From the NCBI GenBank assembly GCA_951406725.2, contig OX597818.1, positions 49,228,001 to 49,292,000 on the forward strand: a DNA stretch of 64,000 nucleotides. Reading direction: 5' to 3'. The DNA comes from Octopus vulgaris. Its lineage: Eukaryota. The notes beneath the pieces are model-generated. The model was not told the origin of the DNA. It searched no databases and worked only from the letters and a program-made list of their open reading frames with translations. Positions 1 through 11,612 of this stretch are shown here, one piece after another. Position 1 is the stretch's first letter. The number at the start of each line of letters is the position of its first letter. A program made the translations under genes and the position numbers.

Positions 1-283
1 AGAGGTGTGGCTGTGGGTGGGTGGATGGGTGGGATGTTGTGAATGAGAAAGGAAGGAGGCAAGACAGATGCCAGATGTGTATAGGGGTAGGGCAAGGTGA
101 AGAGGAACCTAGGAATTGGCAAGGGACTTAGTAGAAAATGCTGATGCCTCCAACCAAGCAAAAGAAAAAAAGTGAGGAGTTTTAAGTAAAGTGAAGATTG
201 GGGATGGTAAAGTAGAGATAATTAAAAGACAAAGAGCAACTATCATGACACCCCTAGCTTTGTTAAGTAACAGGTAAACAAAT

Positions 284-383
284 GATAATAATAATAGTAG
301 TAATAATAATAATAATAATAATAATAATTAGTAATAATAGTAATAATAATAGTAATAATAATAATTAGTAATAATAATGATAA
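284..383. repeat. (TAA)n microsatellite
   Basis: Direct reading of imperfect TAA/TAG repeats. Confidence 0.9.
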
Positions 384-610
384 TCTTTTCTTTATTGGCC
401 ACAAAGGCTGAGCACAAAACAATAAGGGTCAATGCAACACAAGGGACAAGTGGGGACACAAAGCCAGTTATTTCAGGGAAGTTGGTAAATTGATTTCATT
501 ATTAACCCCAGTGCTCAGTTAGTATTTATTTCATCAGCCCCCAAAAGATGAACGGCAAATTTGAACTCAGAATGTAATTTTCGAAGTTATTATTATTATT
601 ATTATTATTA

Positions 611-773
611 TTGTTCAGGTCACTTCTTGGAATCGAACTTGGAATCTTGGGTTTAGTAGCCCACGCTCTTAACCACTATGCCATATACCCGTGGGCATAT
701 GGCATAGTGGTTAAGAGCACAGGCTACTAAATCCAAGATTCCAAGAAGTGACCGGAACAACAACAACAACAAC

Positions 774-804
<31 letters not shown>

Positions 805-976
805 TTGGAAAACACCTTAGGAATGAGAGCCCAGGTTCGAAATTTCCCCAAGACACCTGATGAAGGCTGGAGGGTATATCAGCTGAAATGTTGTGTTAAC
901 AACAAACAAGATGAGGACAAATAACCATTGAATGTAAATAATGTACATGATTCCTCACCTCTTAAATATAGAACTG
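611..976 (+). mobile_element. Non-autonomous retroelement: back-to-back tRNA-like heads, (AAC/AAT)n, hammerhead-containing tail (Penelope-associated or retrozyme-like)
   Basis: 611-760 is an inverted repeat centred near 691. Each arm starts TGGCATAGTGGTTAAGAGC (A-box-like). The left arm (minus strand) keeps GTTCGATTCC (B-box); the right arm has lost it. The tail carries the CTGATGA...GAAA motif. Confidence 0.6.
852..897 (+). ncRNA. Minimal type I hammerhead ribozyme motif
   Basis: GACAC-CTGATGA-A-GGCTG-(gagggtatat)-CAGCT-GAAA-TG-T-T-GTGTT. Stem I GACAC/GTGTT, stem II GGCTG/CAGCT, all core nucleotides present, rudimentary stem III, predicted GUU cleavage triplet at 890-892. Confidence 0.7.
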
Positions 977-1647
977 TGGCATAAAATTCTCTCTGTTCAA
1001 AACAATAACATGAAACTAAAGAATTGTATGTCAAGAGTTCTATATGAATGAAATATGTCCTTGAGGTCAAGGTTTATAAAAATGTTTTTCTTTGTTCTGT
1101 TGGACAAAAAAAAAAAGACTTGAAATCTCTTAAATAGGTGAAGCAATGACGAAGGAAAACACAAAGAAAGAACACTTAAAAATTGGGAATAAAATGTGTG
1201 AACAGTATAAGAAACCAAGGCTGTAGAAAACAGAAAAACTAACCCAAAAATCTACAGCAGGTTTGCAAACAAAGCCTCAATGCATTTTTTAAAGACAGTT
1301 GTTCTGTTACAGTATCTCAGAAAGGAGGAGGCTATTGAATGATCAGTTCAACAGTTTTTTTCTTCAGCATCATCATCATCACCATCATCATTTTTCCATG
1401 CTCGCATGGGTCGGATGGAATTCATTGCAGCAGGTTTTCTTGCAGCTGGATGCCATTCCTGTCACCGACCCTCACCTGTTTCCATGTAACATTATTTCCC
1501 CATGGCCAGAAGATTGAAAATGAAGAACACCACTTGCATGGCAATAACATTCATTTACAACTATCACACAATTCCAAGACAAAGCAGCAGTAACACGCTC
1601 ATTCACTAGCACCACACACACACCTGATGGGCTTTTTTCAGTTTTTT

Positions 1648-1887
1648 ATTTCTTTATTGCCCACTAGGGGCTAAACATAGAGGGGACAAACAAGGACAAA
1701 CGGATTAAGTTGATTATATCGACCCAGTGCGTAACTGGTACTTATTTAATCGACCCCGAAATGATAAAAGGCAAAGTCGACCCCAGCGGAATTTGAACTC
1801 AGGACGTAACAGCAGACGAAATACCTATTTCTTTACTACCCACAAAACGACTAAACACAGAGAGGACAGACAAACAGATTAAGTCAA
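1648..1887 (-). mobile_element. SINE family A (tRNA-derived; core GCCTTTCATCCTTTCGGGGTCGAT, Meta/MESC-like)
   Basis: Reverse complement of the copy at 31136-31708. Confidence 0.8.
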
Positions 1888-1908
1888 TTCTTCTAAAAAC
1901 ATACAAAA

Positions 1909-2238
1909 AGGCGCAGGAGTGGCTGTGTGGTAAGTAGCTTGCTTACCAACCAGTTGGTTCCAGGTTCAGTCCCACTACGTGGCACCCTGGGCAAGTGTCT
2001 TCTACTATAGCCTTGAGCCAACCAAAGCCTTGTGAGTGGATTTGGTGTGTTTGTCCCCCCAACATCGCTTGACAACCGATGCTGGTGTGTTTACGTCCCC
2101 GTAACTTAGTGGTTCAGCAAAAAAAACCAATAGAGTAAATACTAGACTTACAAAGAATAAGTCCTGGCGTCGATTTGCTCGACTAAAGGCGGTGCTCCAG
2201 CATGGCCGCAGTCAAATGATTGAAACAAGTAAAGAGTG
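1909..2238 (+). mobile_element. SINE family B (tRNA head, internal TA/TG microsatellite, tail GCGGTGCTCCAGCATGGCCGCAGTCAAATGACTGAAACAAGTAAAAGAG), internally deleted
   Basis: Matches more than 10 other copies in the window. Confidence 0.85.
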
Positions 2239-2369
2239 CTTAGCAGAACCGTTTCAGATATTTTTCCAAAGCTTCTTTTGAAGTGGAAAACCCAGGTGTA
2301 GAATGGAGGTTGCAGTAACACTGATGGCAATACTCTTTGATATTTCAGGCTTTCTGAGATTGGCAACAT

Positions 2370-2620
2370 TGAGACAATTTGCATTCAGTTTGAACATCTT
2401 TCAGTCAATGCCTGTTGGGAAAGCATTGACATGGAGTGAATTCCAAACACTTTGAGAATGAAGATTTTGGAAAACTGGTTAGTAAAAGATGTTTAAAGAC
2501 AGACATAATAAAAGTGATAAGAGAAGAGAGAGGTGAAGGTGTTGTTGAGCAGGTGAAGGTGTTGCACAGCTTGTTAGCTCAGAGTAGTAAAGGCCAGTGA
2601 AGAAACAGCAAAAGCTAAGT
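2370..2620 (-). mobile_element. Degraded CR1-like LINE 3' fragment
   Basis: Frameshifted translation ...TNQF...VWNSLHVNAFPTGID*KMFK resembles the CR1 ORF2 C-terminal WNSLP motif. Confidence 0.35.
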
Positions 2621-3014
2621 TTTGGTCTCCTTTGGTCAAAGTTGACCATATATTTGCACAGTTATGTGCAGGTTGGGACAAGATTTTTGAAAGGAAGATA
2701 GTTGTTCATATATACAGGTCCCTATATATATCTGGTCTTCCCTCTCTGTAAGACTTGTGTTTATCCATGGAAAAGGCTGTGAGTCAGTACATTTTGGCAC
2801 TAGTGTCATAGTAAATGTTGCCGACTGATATAAAGATCCAAAACAGGTTCTGCAAGGTATTTTGCCTGACCCTCAAGCATTCTGACAATCCACTTTCCTG
2901 AATTAATACATTTTTATCAACTCTGAAAGAATGAATTGTAAAGTTAAACTCAGAGTGCAGGGAGCTGAAACAAATGTCATGAATTTTAAAAGTATTTTTA
3001 TATTTTATGTATCA

Positions 3015-3512
3015 TTAACCCTTTCATTACTGTATTTATTTTGAGATGCTCTGTGTTTCTTTCAATTATTTTAAATATAACAAAAAATGTAGTAAAATAA
3101 TTTAGTTATCGTTAAGCTAGTGTTAGGAACATAAATTGTGACTAAGGTTTGGTGGAAGATTTTAATTCAAAACTTATGAAAACAAGACATTTGTACTATA
3201 GGGCCAGAGCTGAGTTTCTTTCAATTAATTTTAAATATAACAAAGAATTTAGTAAAATAACTTAGTTATCATTAAGCTAGTGTTAGGTACATAAATTGTG
3301 ACTAAGGTTTGGGGGAAGATTTTTAATTCAGAACTTACGAAAACAAGACATTTGTACTATAGGGCCAGAGCTGAGTTTCTTTCAATTAATTTTAAATATA
3401 ACAAAGAATTTAGTAAAATAACTTAGTTATCATTAAGCTAGTGTTAGGTACATAAATTGTGACTAAGGTTTGGGGGAAGATTTTTAATTCAGAACTTATG
3501 AAAACAAATAAT
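3015..3512 (+). repeat. About 3 tandem copies of a ~160-bp unit following a TTAA-CCCTTTC (piggyBac-like MITE) end
   Basis: Unit start TTTCTTTCAATT at 3056, 3215 and 3376. Confidence 0.8.
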
Positions 3513-3553
3513 TTTATGCAAATAATTTTAAAATTCTATTTATAAACTATGCA

Positions 3554-3897
3554 GAGCGGAGACCCCTTTGGTCATGACTGACCCTGGGATTGCACCTAGA
3601 AAGTTACCCTCCTAGACACAAGTCTGGGCAAAGTTGTTTTTATGGAAGACCAGCAGTCGCCCATACATACCATCTTTCCCTCTCCACGCCACCAGTGTTA
3701 TCCAAAGGAAAGGCAAAGGGGCTGATACAGCTTGGCACCTGTGACGTCGCAACTCATTTCTACAGCTGAGTGAACTGGAGCAACGTGAAATAAAGTGTCT
3801 TGCTCAAGAACACAACATGCAGTCTGGTCCGGGATTCGAACTCACATCCTCACGATCGTAAGCTCGACGCTCTAACCACTGAGCCATGCGCCTTCAC
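3554..3897 (-). mobile_element. SINE family D (tRNA-derived, CORE/V-like central domain)
   Basis: Minus strand GGCGCATGGCTCAGTGGTTAGAGC...GTTCGAATCC (A/B boxes); homologous to 47366-47703. Confidence 0.8.
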
Positions 3898-4336
3898 ATA
3901 TAAACTATGAATGAATACATAATTAAGAATTATCATGAGACAATAAATATATTTACTTTTCATATTTATCCTTGAGTATAATTTGTATTGTTCTAAATTT
4001 CAAACTGCATTATTTAACTTTTGCTTTTGATTTATATTTATTTTAACAATTATAAGTGAAAACTAAATAGTCAGTTTCAACATTGAACATTCCACTTGTT
4101 CAGTAAACAGAATTATGCACTCATAATATTAGCATTTAAATGGTTGATAATTCCAAGAATTCCACCGTAAATTGTTCATCCACCTCCTATTGCAGAAACA
4201 AGTAATACTTAATTGCCTCCCTTGTATAAAACAATGACAGGTTTATTTTAATGGATTCCAGTGACTGATAATACTCTCTATCCTGGTTTCTCTGGTACTT
4301 AAGGGAGCAATACTTGTAGGCTTTGCAATTGCTGTA

Positions 4337-4640
4337 TGGAGGCACATGGCCTAGTGGTTAGAGCAGCGGACTTGCAGTCGAGGGATCACCGGTTCGAATC
4401 TCAGACCGGGCGATGTGTGTGTTTATGAGCGAAACACCTAAGCTCCATACGGCTCCGGCAGAAGGTAATGGCGAAACTTCTGCTGACTCTTTCGCCACAA
4501 CTTTCTCTCACTCTTTCCTCCTGCATCTTGCAGTTCACCTGTGACGGTCTGGCGTCCTGTCCAGGTGGGGAACCTATACGCCAAGGAAACTGGGAAACCG
4601 GCCCTTATGAGCCAAACATGGCTCGAGAAGGAACAAACAA
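4337..4640 (+). mobile_element. SINE family E (tRNA-derived, V-domain-like CTGTGACGGTCTGGCGTCCTGTCCAGG)
   Basis: A box TGGCCTAGTGG and B box GGTTCGAATC; homologous to 54810-55339. Confidence 0.8.
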
Positions 4641-4999
4641 TTTGCTTTGTATAGGGTCAGCAGCAGATGAAGGCTAAATTATCCTCTGGGCCTGAACAGG
4701 CTGGTTAGTTTTTTTAGTTGTAGTTTAGGTTATGTGTGGTCACAATGAGATATAGAAAGTGGTGAGGCCCAATATTATGTAGATTTTGATGTGTCAAAGC
4801 AGGGTTTTGGGAAATCAGATCTACACATTTGTTTAAAAAAAAAAGAGAAAGGCCTATTTGGAACTTAAGAAACCAACATGGTCACTAGAGCTGCTAGTTA
4901 TTGCAATGAAATCTCTTGTTCAGATTCTTGCCATCTCATGAAATCTTTGGCAATCTAATTCAGGAGAAACTGAAAAGATTGGTCAATATTAAGCATTCT

Positions 5000-5515
5000 A
5001 TCATCATCATCGTTTAACGTCCGTTTTCCATGCTGGCATGGGTTGGACGGTTCAACTGAAATATAGGAAGCCAGGAGGCTGCACCAGGCTCCAGTCTGAT
5101 CTGGTAGTGTTTCTACTGCTGGATGCCCTTCCTAACGCCAACCACTCCATGAGTGTAGTGGGTGCTTTTATGTGCAACCGGCACGGAAGCCAGTCAAGGT
5201 GGCGCTGGCATTGGCCATGTTCGGATTGTGCATTTTACGTGCCACCGGCACAGGTATCACAACTACAATTTCCATTTGATATTTATTTTGATGTTGATGT
5301 ACTTGACTCAATAGGTCTCCTCAAGCACAGCAGGTCGCCCTACGATCCAAGGTAAGCACAGCAGGTCATTCTGCAATCCAAGGTATTTTGGATGGGCTGG
5401 AGCTATGCGAAACTGGTGCAGGAAACAGCCATGCATTCACGTTATTTGTCGTGTCTTTGCAGTCACAGCATATCTCCAGAGATCTCGGTCTTTTGTCATT
5501 GCCTCTGTGAGGCCA
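5000..5515 (-). mobile_element. RTE LINE 3' end (last codons, 3' UTR, (GAT)n tail)
   Basis: Minus strand encodes LTEAMTKDRDLWRYAVTAKT (RTE C-terminus) and ends CATGGAAAACGGACGTTAAACGATGATGAT. Confidence 0.75.
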
Positions 5516-6174
5516 AACTATGTCTACGCAAATGTAAATCTCTATCTCTCTCCTGCTTTTCTTTCTTCCATTCATGTTTGATCCTCTCTGAAGGGCAACA
5601 TTCTATCCTTTTCAACTTGGAGGTAGGTGAAACTCTACAACTGATACGGAAGGCTTGGATTGTTAGTCCCAGAGCAGGGAAAATTCACTCAGAGGGTTTG
5701 GAACAATTAACATTCAAAACACTTTTGGTTCTCTCTCTCTTTGATACCCAATCTCTCCCACTCTCTTTCTATCGCTTTCTCTTTCAATCTGATCAACATT
5801 CAAGATGCTGCCTACTTCCTGTGAGTGGAAATTTTCCAGAAACTGGGTTGACACTTTGCCTAGGCAAACACCAGTTGCTTCTTTGGTCTGGATGAGTCCT
5901 GCATCTCTATCACCCTCTGAGTCAGAGGTGGTTCATGTGGAAAAATGCAGTGTTATTATGGCAAGTCCCCTGATTTCAGAAGTCTTTATGGACTGTCATG
6001 TTCACTGAATGTGGGTCACATTGTTCTCCACAACAAACAAACATGATCATCATATGAGAACTAGCCAGGGTATATGTTGTTTGAAGTCTGAAGCCAGTGA
6101 GATTCTTAAGGGACAATAGAAAGAAACTCAATGAACTTACTCTTTGTCCATGAGCTATCTCTTATCTTTTATAT

Positions 6175-6600
6175 TTTACTTGTTTCAGTCATTAGACTGC
6201 AGCCATGCTGAGGCACTGCCTTGAAGAATTTTAGTCAAACAATTCGACCCCAGTGCTTAATTTTTTAAAGCTAGGAACTAATTTTATTAGTCTATTTTGC
6301 CAAACTGCTAAGTTACAGGGACATAAACACACAAACGCCAGCTGTCAAGCGGTAATGACGGTTAAACAGGCACAAACACACACACACACAAACGCATGCA
6401 TGCACGCACACACACGCATGCATGCACACACACACACACACACACACACAGCTGGCTTCTTTCAGCTTCCGTCTACCAAATCTACTCACAAGGCTTTGGT
6501 CGGCCTGAGGCTAAAGTAGAAAACATTTGCTGAAAGTGCCATGCTGTAGGACTGAACCCAGACCTGTGTGGTTGAAAAGCAAACTTCTTACCACATAGTC
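6175..6600 (-). mobile_element. SINE family B
   Basis: Homology to other copies. Confidence 0.8.
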
Positions 6601-7884
6601 AAAGGCAGAGGCCTCATATGGGGCACCACTATTTGTTACTCATTTACTCCATCACACGTCCTTAATCCTGCTGTAGAGGTAGGTATTACAGCATCCATAA
6701 CTGAACCAAATTAGATACTGAAATACTGTTGCCTTTTAGTAGATTACATTTTCCCACCTGTAGCTTTTGAGATGTTGGAATGTCCTGGATTAGCAACTTG
6801 CCTCCTTGATGTATCAGATGATGCTTGAATGGGTGTCTGGGTGTTCTAGTATTCCAGCAGTTGTGTCATGAGTATTGAGGGATGTCTCAAAAAATTTTAA
6901 TAGGGAACACCAGTTTCCTTTGATGGAATGTATAATCGAGTGAGTGTGTAAGCCTCTGTTTTGATTTTTTATTTATTGATATATATATCCATCTGTTTTC
7001 TTTATTTATTTTCTGACTGTTTACTTTTGTAGATAATGTTCTTTTTAATAGAATTATTACAGCAACACTTTTAGCAAAGAGAAGGGTTATAATTCACTGC
7101 ATACGAAGTTTCGTTTCGTTATGGATGACATGCTATAGCTAATGTCTAAGGGAGACAATTCTTTCCTCAACTTTCAGCATGGACGTTTTAATAACATCAA
7201 ATCAAATCTTAAAAGGTCAAAAATAAATAAAATTCATTAACAGTACTAAGAGTATCAAGGTTACAAAAAGAGCTTCTTCACCACACAACCATGCCTGTGC
7301 CTATTTATTATGAAATAAAATATTTTAAAATCTATCTTAACTTTTTATTAATACCTCTTATAAAGGAAGATATAACAATTGATAGAAATAAATTATATTT
7401 CATTCTGAATTCCAAACCTACTGGGTGGATATTACCTTTCCTTCTTCTGGAGTGAACAAAATTTTAAAACACATTAGAAATACATGAATCCTACTTTGGC
7501 CAAATGTCTTCTACTATAGCTTTGGGCCGACCAAAGCCTTGTGCGTGGATGCTAGTACTGGAAACTAACAGAAAGTGTATTAGATTAAATGGCTTTCAGT
7601 ACTTAGGTCCTGTCAAACTGCAAACTGTCAAAGTTGCACTTACTCGTATTTGCAGCAGCTGAACCCAGAACCATGTGGTTAGGAAGCAAAATTCTTACCA
7701 CACAGCCATGTCTGGAAACCAGTAGCATTTCAATATATCTCCAAAATGAAAACAAAAACAAAAATGAAATATATTTGACTTCATAATGTATTTAAGAATC
7801 AATTATTAAACCTATAAATATCTGAGATGAGCATTAATACAATTATAATTTTCCAAACTGTTAACCTCATTTTTGGGAGAAGGT

Positions 7885-8036
7885 GCAGCCATGGCTGTGT
7901 GGTAAGAAACTTGCTTCCCAACCACATTGTTCTGGGTTCACTACTTGATACCTTTGGCAAGTGTCTTCTACTATAGTCTCAGGTTGACCAAAGCCTTGTG
8001 AGTGGATTCGGGAGATAGAAACTGAAAGAAGCCAGT

Positions 8037-8083
<47 letters not shown>

Positions 8084-8166
8084 CAATGTATGCATCTATG
8101 TATGTATGTGTGTATGTATGTATGTATGTATGTATGTATGTATGTATGTATGTATGTATGTATGTA

Positions 8167-8207
<41 letters not shown>

Positions 8208-8680
8208 AAATATCGTTTGTAGAAAACTTAAATCCAGAGAAGAAGTACACTCTAAGATTTAGGGCAGTATATATTAAAAATAGGGAAGGCTGGTTTATGG
8301 GATAACCTTAGGTTTCCCGTCCATAAAGGGTTTTTAGCTTTATGGCATATCGTCAGACCTCAAAACCTGTCTTGGGGTCTGACGATATGCCATAAAGCTA
8401 AATTCTTTATGGACGAGAAACCTAAGGTAATCCCATAAACTGGCCTTCCCCATTTTTAATATATATATATGTGTGTGTGTGTGTGTATTTGTAACTGACA
8501 AACGGTGTTGGTGTGTTTGCATTCCTGTAACTTAATGGCTCAGCAAAAGAGACCAATAAAATAAACACCAGGGTTAAAAAAAATAAGTGTTGGGGTCTAT
8601 TCAATCAAATTAAAAATCTTCAAGGTGGTGCCCCAGCATGGCCACAGTTTAATGACTGAAACAAGTAAAAGATTAAAAAT
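7885..8680 (+). mobile_element. SINE family B split within its microsatellite by (TA)/(GTAT)/(GT) expansion and a fold-back MITE
   Basis: 5' half approx. 7885-8040; 3' half approx. 8490-8680. Confidence 0.7.
8268..8467. mobile_element. Fold-back MITE (~95-bp arms, 8-nt loop), TA context
   Basis: TATATATTAAAAATAGGGAAGG...GACCTCAA / TTGGGGTC...CCTTCCCCATTTTTAATATATA. Confidence 0.75.
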
Positions 8681-8889
8681 AATCGTTTTAATGTCAATTC
8701 TTCTGTTCTTGCCTGAGTCAGATGGAGTTTGTTGAGTTAGATTTTCAAGGGCTGGGTGCCCTTCCTATTAGTAACCCTTACCTGTTTTCAAGCAAGGAAA
8801 TATTTCTTCATGGTGAAAGCTGTTTCCACAGAATACTGGAAATGAATCACTTTCATTTTCAACAATCATGTGATGCCAAGATAAGGAGA

Positions 8890-8933
8890 CACAAACAATC
8901 ACATGTACTTATACACGCACACACTTATACACG

Positions 8934-8964
<31 letters not shown>

Positions 8965-9535
8965 ATACTCATGCAACACACACAATATGTGCATGTGTGC
9001 TCACACATGCACACACACACACATGCACACACACACACATGCACACACACACATGCACACACACACACATGCACACACACACACACATGCACACACACAC
9101 ACATGCACACACACACACATGCACACACACACACACACATGCACACACACACACATGCACACACACATTCATGCACACACAACACACAATATACGCATGT
9201 GCACTCACTCATGCACACACACACATGCACACATACACACATGCACACACACTCACACACACATTCATGCACACACATATGCACACACAACACACAATAT
9301 ACGCACGTGCACTCACACATGCACACACACACACATGCACACACACACACACTCACACACTCATTCACACACACACACATATGCACACACAACACACACA
9401 ACATACGCACGTGCACTCACACATGCACACACACACACACATGCACACACACTCACACATTCATTCATGCATGCACACATGCACACACAACACACACAAT
9501 ATGCACACATGCGTGCACACACACACACACATGCA
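8890..9535. repeat. Compound (CA)n/CACACAT array with a higher-order motif; expanded internal microsatellite of a minus-strand SINE B whose head is at approx. 9545-9700
   Basis: Direct reading. It generates the spurious His/Thr and Cys/Val ORFs. Confidence 0.9.
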
Positions 9536-9852
9536 ACAATATACAACAAGCTTCCTTCAGTTTCTCTCGACCGAATCCACTCACAAGGCTTTGGTCAGCT
9601 CGGGGCAAGAGTAGAAGACTCTGACTGGAGGTGCCACACAGTGGGACTGAACCCGGAACTATGTGGTTGGGAAGCGAACCGCTTAACCTCAGAAACACAC
9701 CTGCACCTAGTCTTAATGATAGCCACACCTGCACGTGCTCTTAATGACAGCCATAAATAAAATAACTCCTACACAGGTCACTTCCTCTTATCAGTGAACG
9801 CTTATCAACTCATTTTTATAATTAATAATCGTTACATTATGTTTCCACGCAG

Positions 9853-9869
9853 TTTGAATGAGAATAATT
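9853..9869 (+). CDS. Candidate 17-nt micro-exon of the host gene (xLNENN)
   Basis: tttccacgcAG|TTTGAATGAGAATAATT|GTAAGT; only one frame is open and it is compatible with the next exon. Confidence 0.35.
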
Positions 9870-9943
9870 GTAAGTGTGACATAGTAAAGCCATGAATTTG
9901 GTTCTCGGGTTAATGATTTCTGTATTATTTGTGGACCATTCAG

Positions 9944-9984
9944 GGGGTACATCTTTGAATTCCTTACAAGATGAAAATAATTTG
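9944..9984 (+). CDS. Candidate 41-nt exon (WGTSLNSLQDENNL)
   Basis: ccattcAG|GGGG...AATTTG|GTGAGT; 74-nt intron from the previous candidate; phases compatible. Confidence 0.4.
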
Positions 9985-10754
9985 GTGAGTGTAACCAGAT
10001 TGATGAATTTTTTGAAATTACATTTGTATCTATTTATTAAGTTGCATGACTAAATTTTGCTTTGTTGTAAAGTACAGCCAATTGTTTTATCTCAAGTATT
10101 TTGTGGTTGTTTATTTCATACACTTAAAAAAAAAAATGTATTTCGAAATCAACTCGGGGTTTGATTTTGAGTGAGATTGAAAACCAAAGGCAATGTTAAA
10201 TACTAGAAAGCTTTTAGTTTTACCCGAATTCTCAGAATTTCAGTTATATAATTTAGTTTCACTACATTTCTATGATCCGCAATATTTTCTCTATTTTATC
10301 TGTTACATTAACTTAGAATAACTGATGGTTGTATAAATAACGCAACATAGTTCAGGCCTGATTAAGTAAAATAATTACCAAGGGTCTTTCAATGATTAAG
10401 TGAATCCCCTATCATTCAGATGTACATCTTGGGCTACATTGTTTTGTGTGTTGTTGTTTTTGAGAAAGTAAGGTTCATGTTGAAGGATACTTAGCTACTA
10501 TTTTTAGCAGGTTGAAGCTTCCTTAGTGGCTAATTTCTGTTGGTAAATCCCTAATGCTGTTGAGGTTGTACTAAATGATGTTGTTAGGTAGTCATTAATT
10601 AGTTAACTGTAAACAAGGATGCAAGAAATATTCGGAAATCTCACTTAGCAAACATCTATTTTAATCTCAATAAAGACAACAAAATATATAGAGTATGAAG
10701 GTTACACGGATACATATATACACATACACCCAATCAGATATATATATATATATA

Positions 10755-10980
10755 TCGTGACGTATATTTGCCATTTGAATGTGGCTAACCCCTAAGGGTG
10801 GATGCTACTGTAGTTTGTAGCCCCAGGAAGACACCTCCTCCAGCTGGCTATAGACACACTTTCTGTGCCCTATCAGTGTGTCTATAGCCAGCTGGAGGAG
10901 GTGTCTTCCTGAGGCTACAAACTACAGTAGCATCCACCCTTAGGGGTTAGCCATATTCAAATGGCAAATATATGTCACGA
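10755..10980. repeat. Fold-back inverted repeat, 106-bp arms, 14-nt spacer, 3 mismatches
   Basis: Arms 10755-10860 and 10875-10980, read directly. Confidence 0.95.
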
Positions 10981-11217
10981 TGTGTTACCGTTACTGTTTA
11001 TAACTCGCTCTGAGATTTATCATTATATATATATATATATATAGACATGTATTGATTATTAATAATACCAGATAATTCTTGTATAATAAGCATGAAGATA
11101 TATTTGCAAACAATGAATAAGAAAATGAAGGACATTTCTTTTCTCCTAAGCAAAAGATGAGTGGATTGGTAACAGCTTTACACACACACACACAAACTTG
11201 TCCAATATTCATTATTA

Positions 11218-11279
<62 letters not shown>

Positions 11280-11337
11280 GTTGTTGTTGTTGTTGTTGTT
11301 GTTGTTATTATTATTGTTATTAGTGTTATTATTATTA

Positions 11338-11560
11338 CTATGAAAAGGCACCAGCTGGCACAAATGTTGGCATGCCTGACAAAATGTTGAGTGGCATTTC
11401 ATCAATCTTAACGGTCTGAGTTCAAATTCCACCGAGGTTGACTTTGCCTTTCATCCTTTTCAGGATCGATAAAATAAGTACCATTTGAACACTGGGTTTG
11501 ATGTAATTGACATATTCCCTCTCCTAAAATTGCTGACTTCGTGCGAAAATTTGAAACCAT
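11338..11560 (+). mobile_element. SINE A variant, copy 1 of a local duplicate pair
   Basis: Shares private variants (CTATGAAAAGGCACCAGC; CATCCTTTTCAGGATCGAT) with 12127-12349. Confidence 0.8.
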
Positions 11561-11575
11561 TATCATTATTATTAA

Positions 11576-11612
<37 letters not shown>

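Noticed and set aside
3800-3897. tRNA-like sequences here and at 4340, 47370 and other SINE heads
   Set aside because: They continue into SINE bodies and lack intact cloverleaf stems, so they are not called as tRNA genes.
8722-9760. Long His/Thr and Cys/Val ORFs (up to 300 aa)
   Set aside because: These are translations of CA/TG microsatellite. The same applies to ORFs at approx. 28375-28888, 44007-44569, 50572-50997 and 55387-55859.
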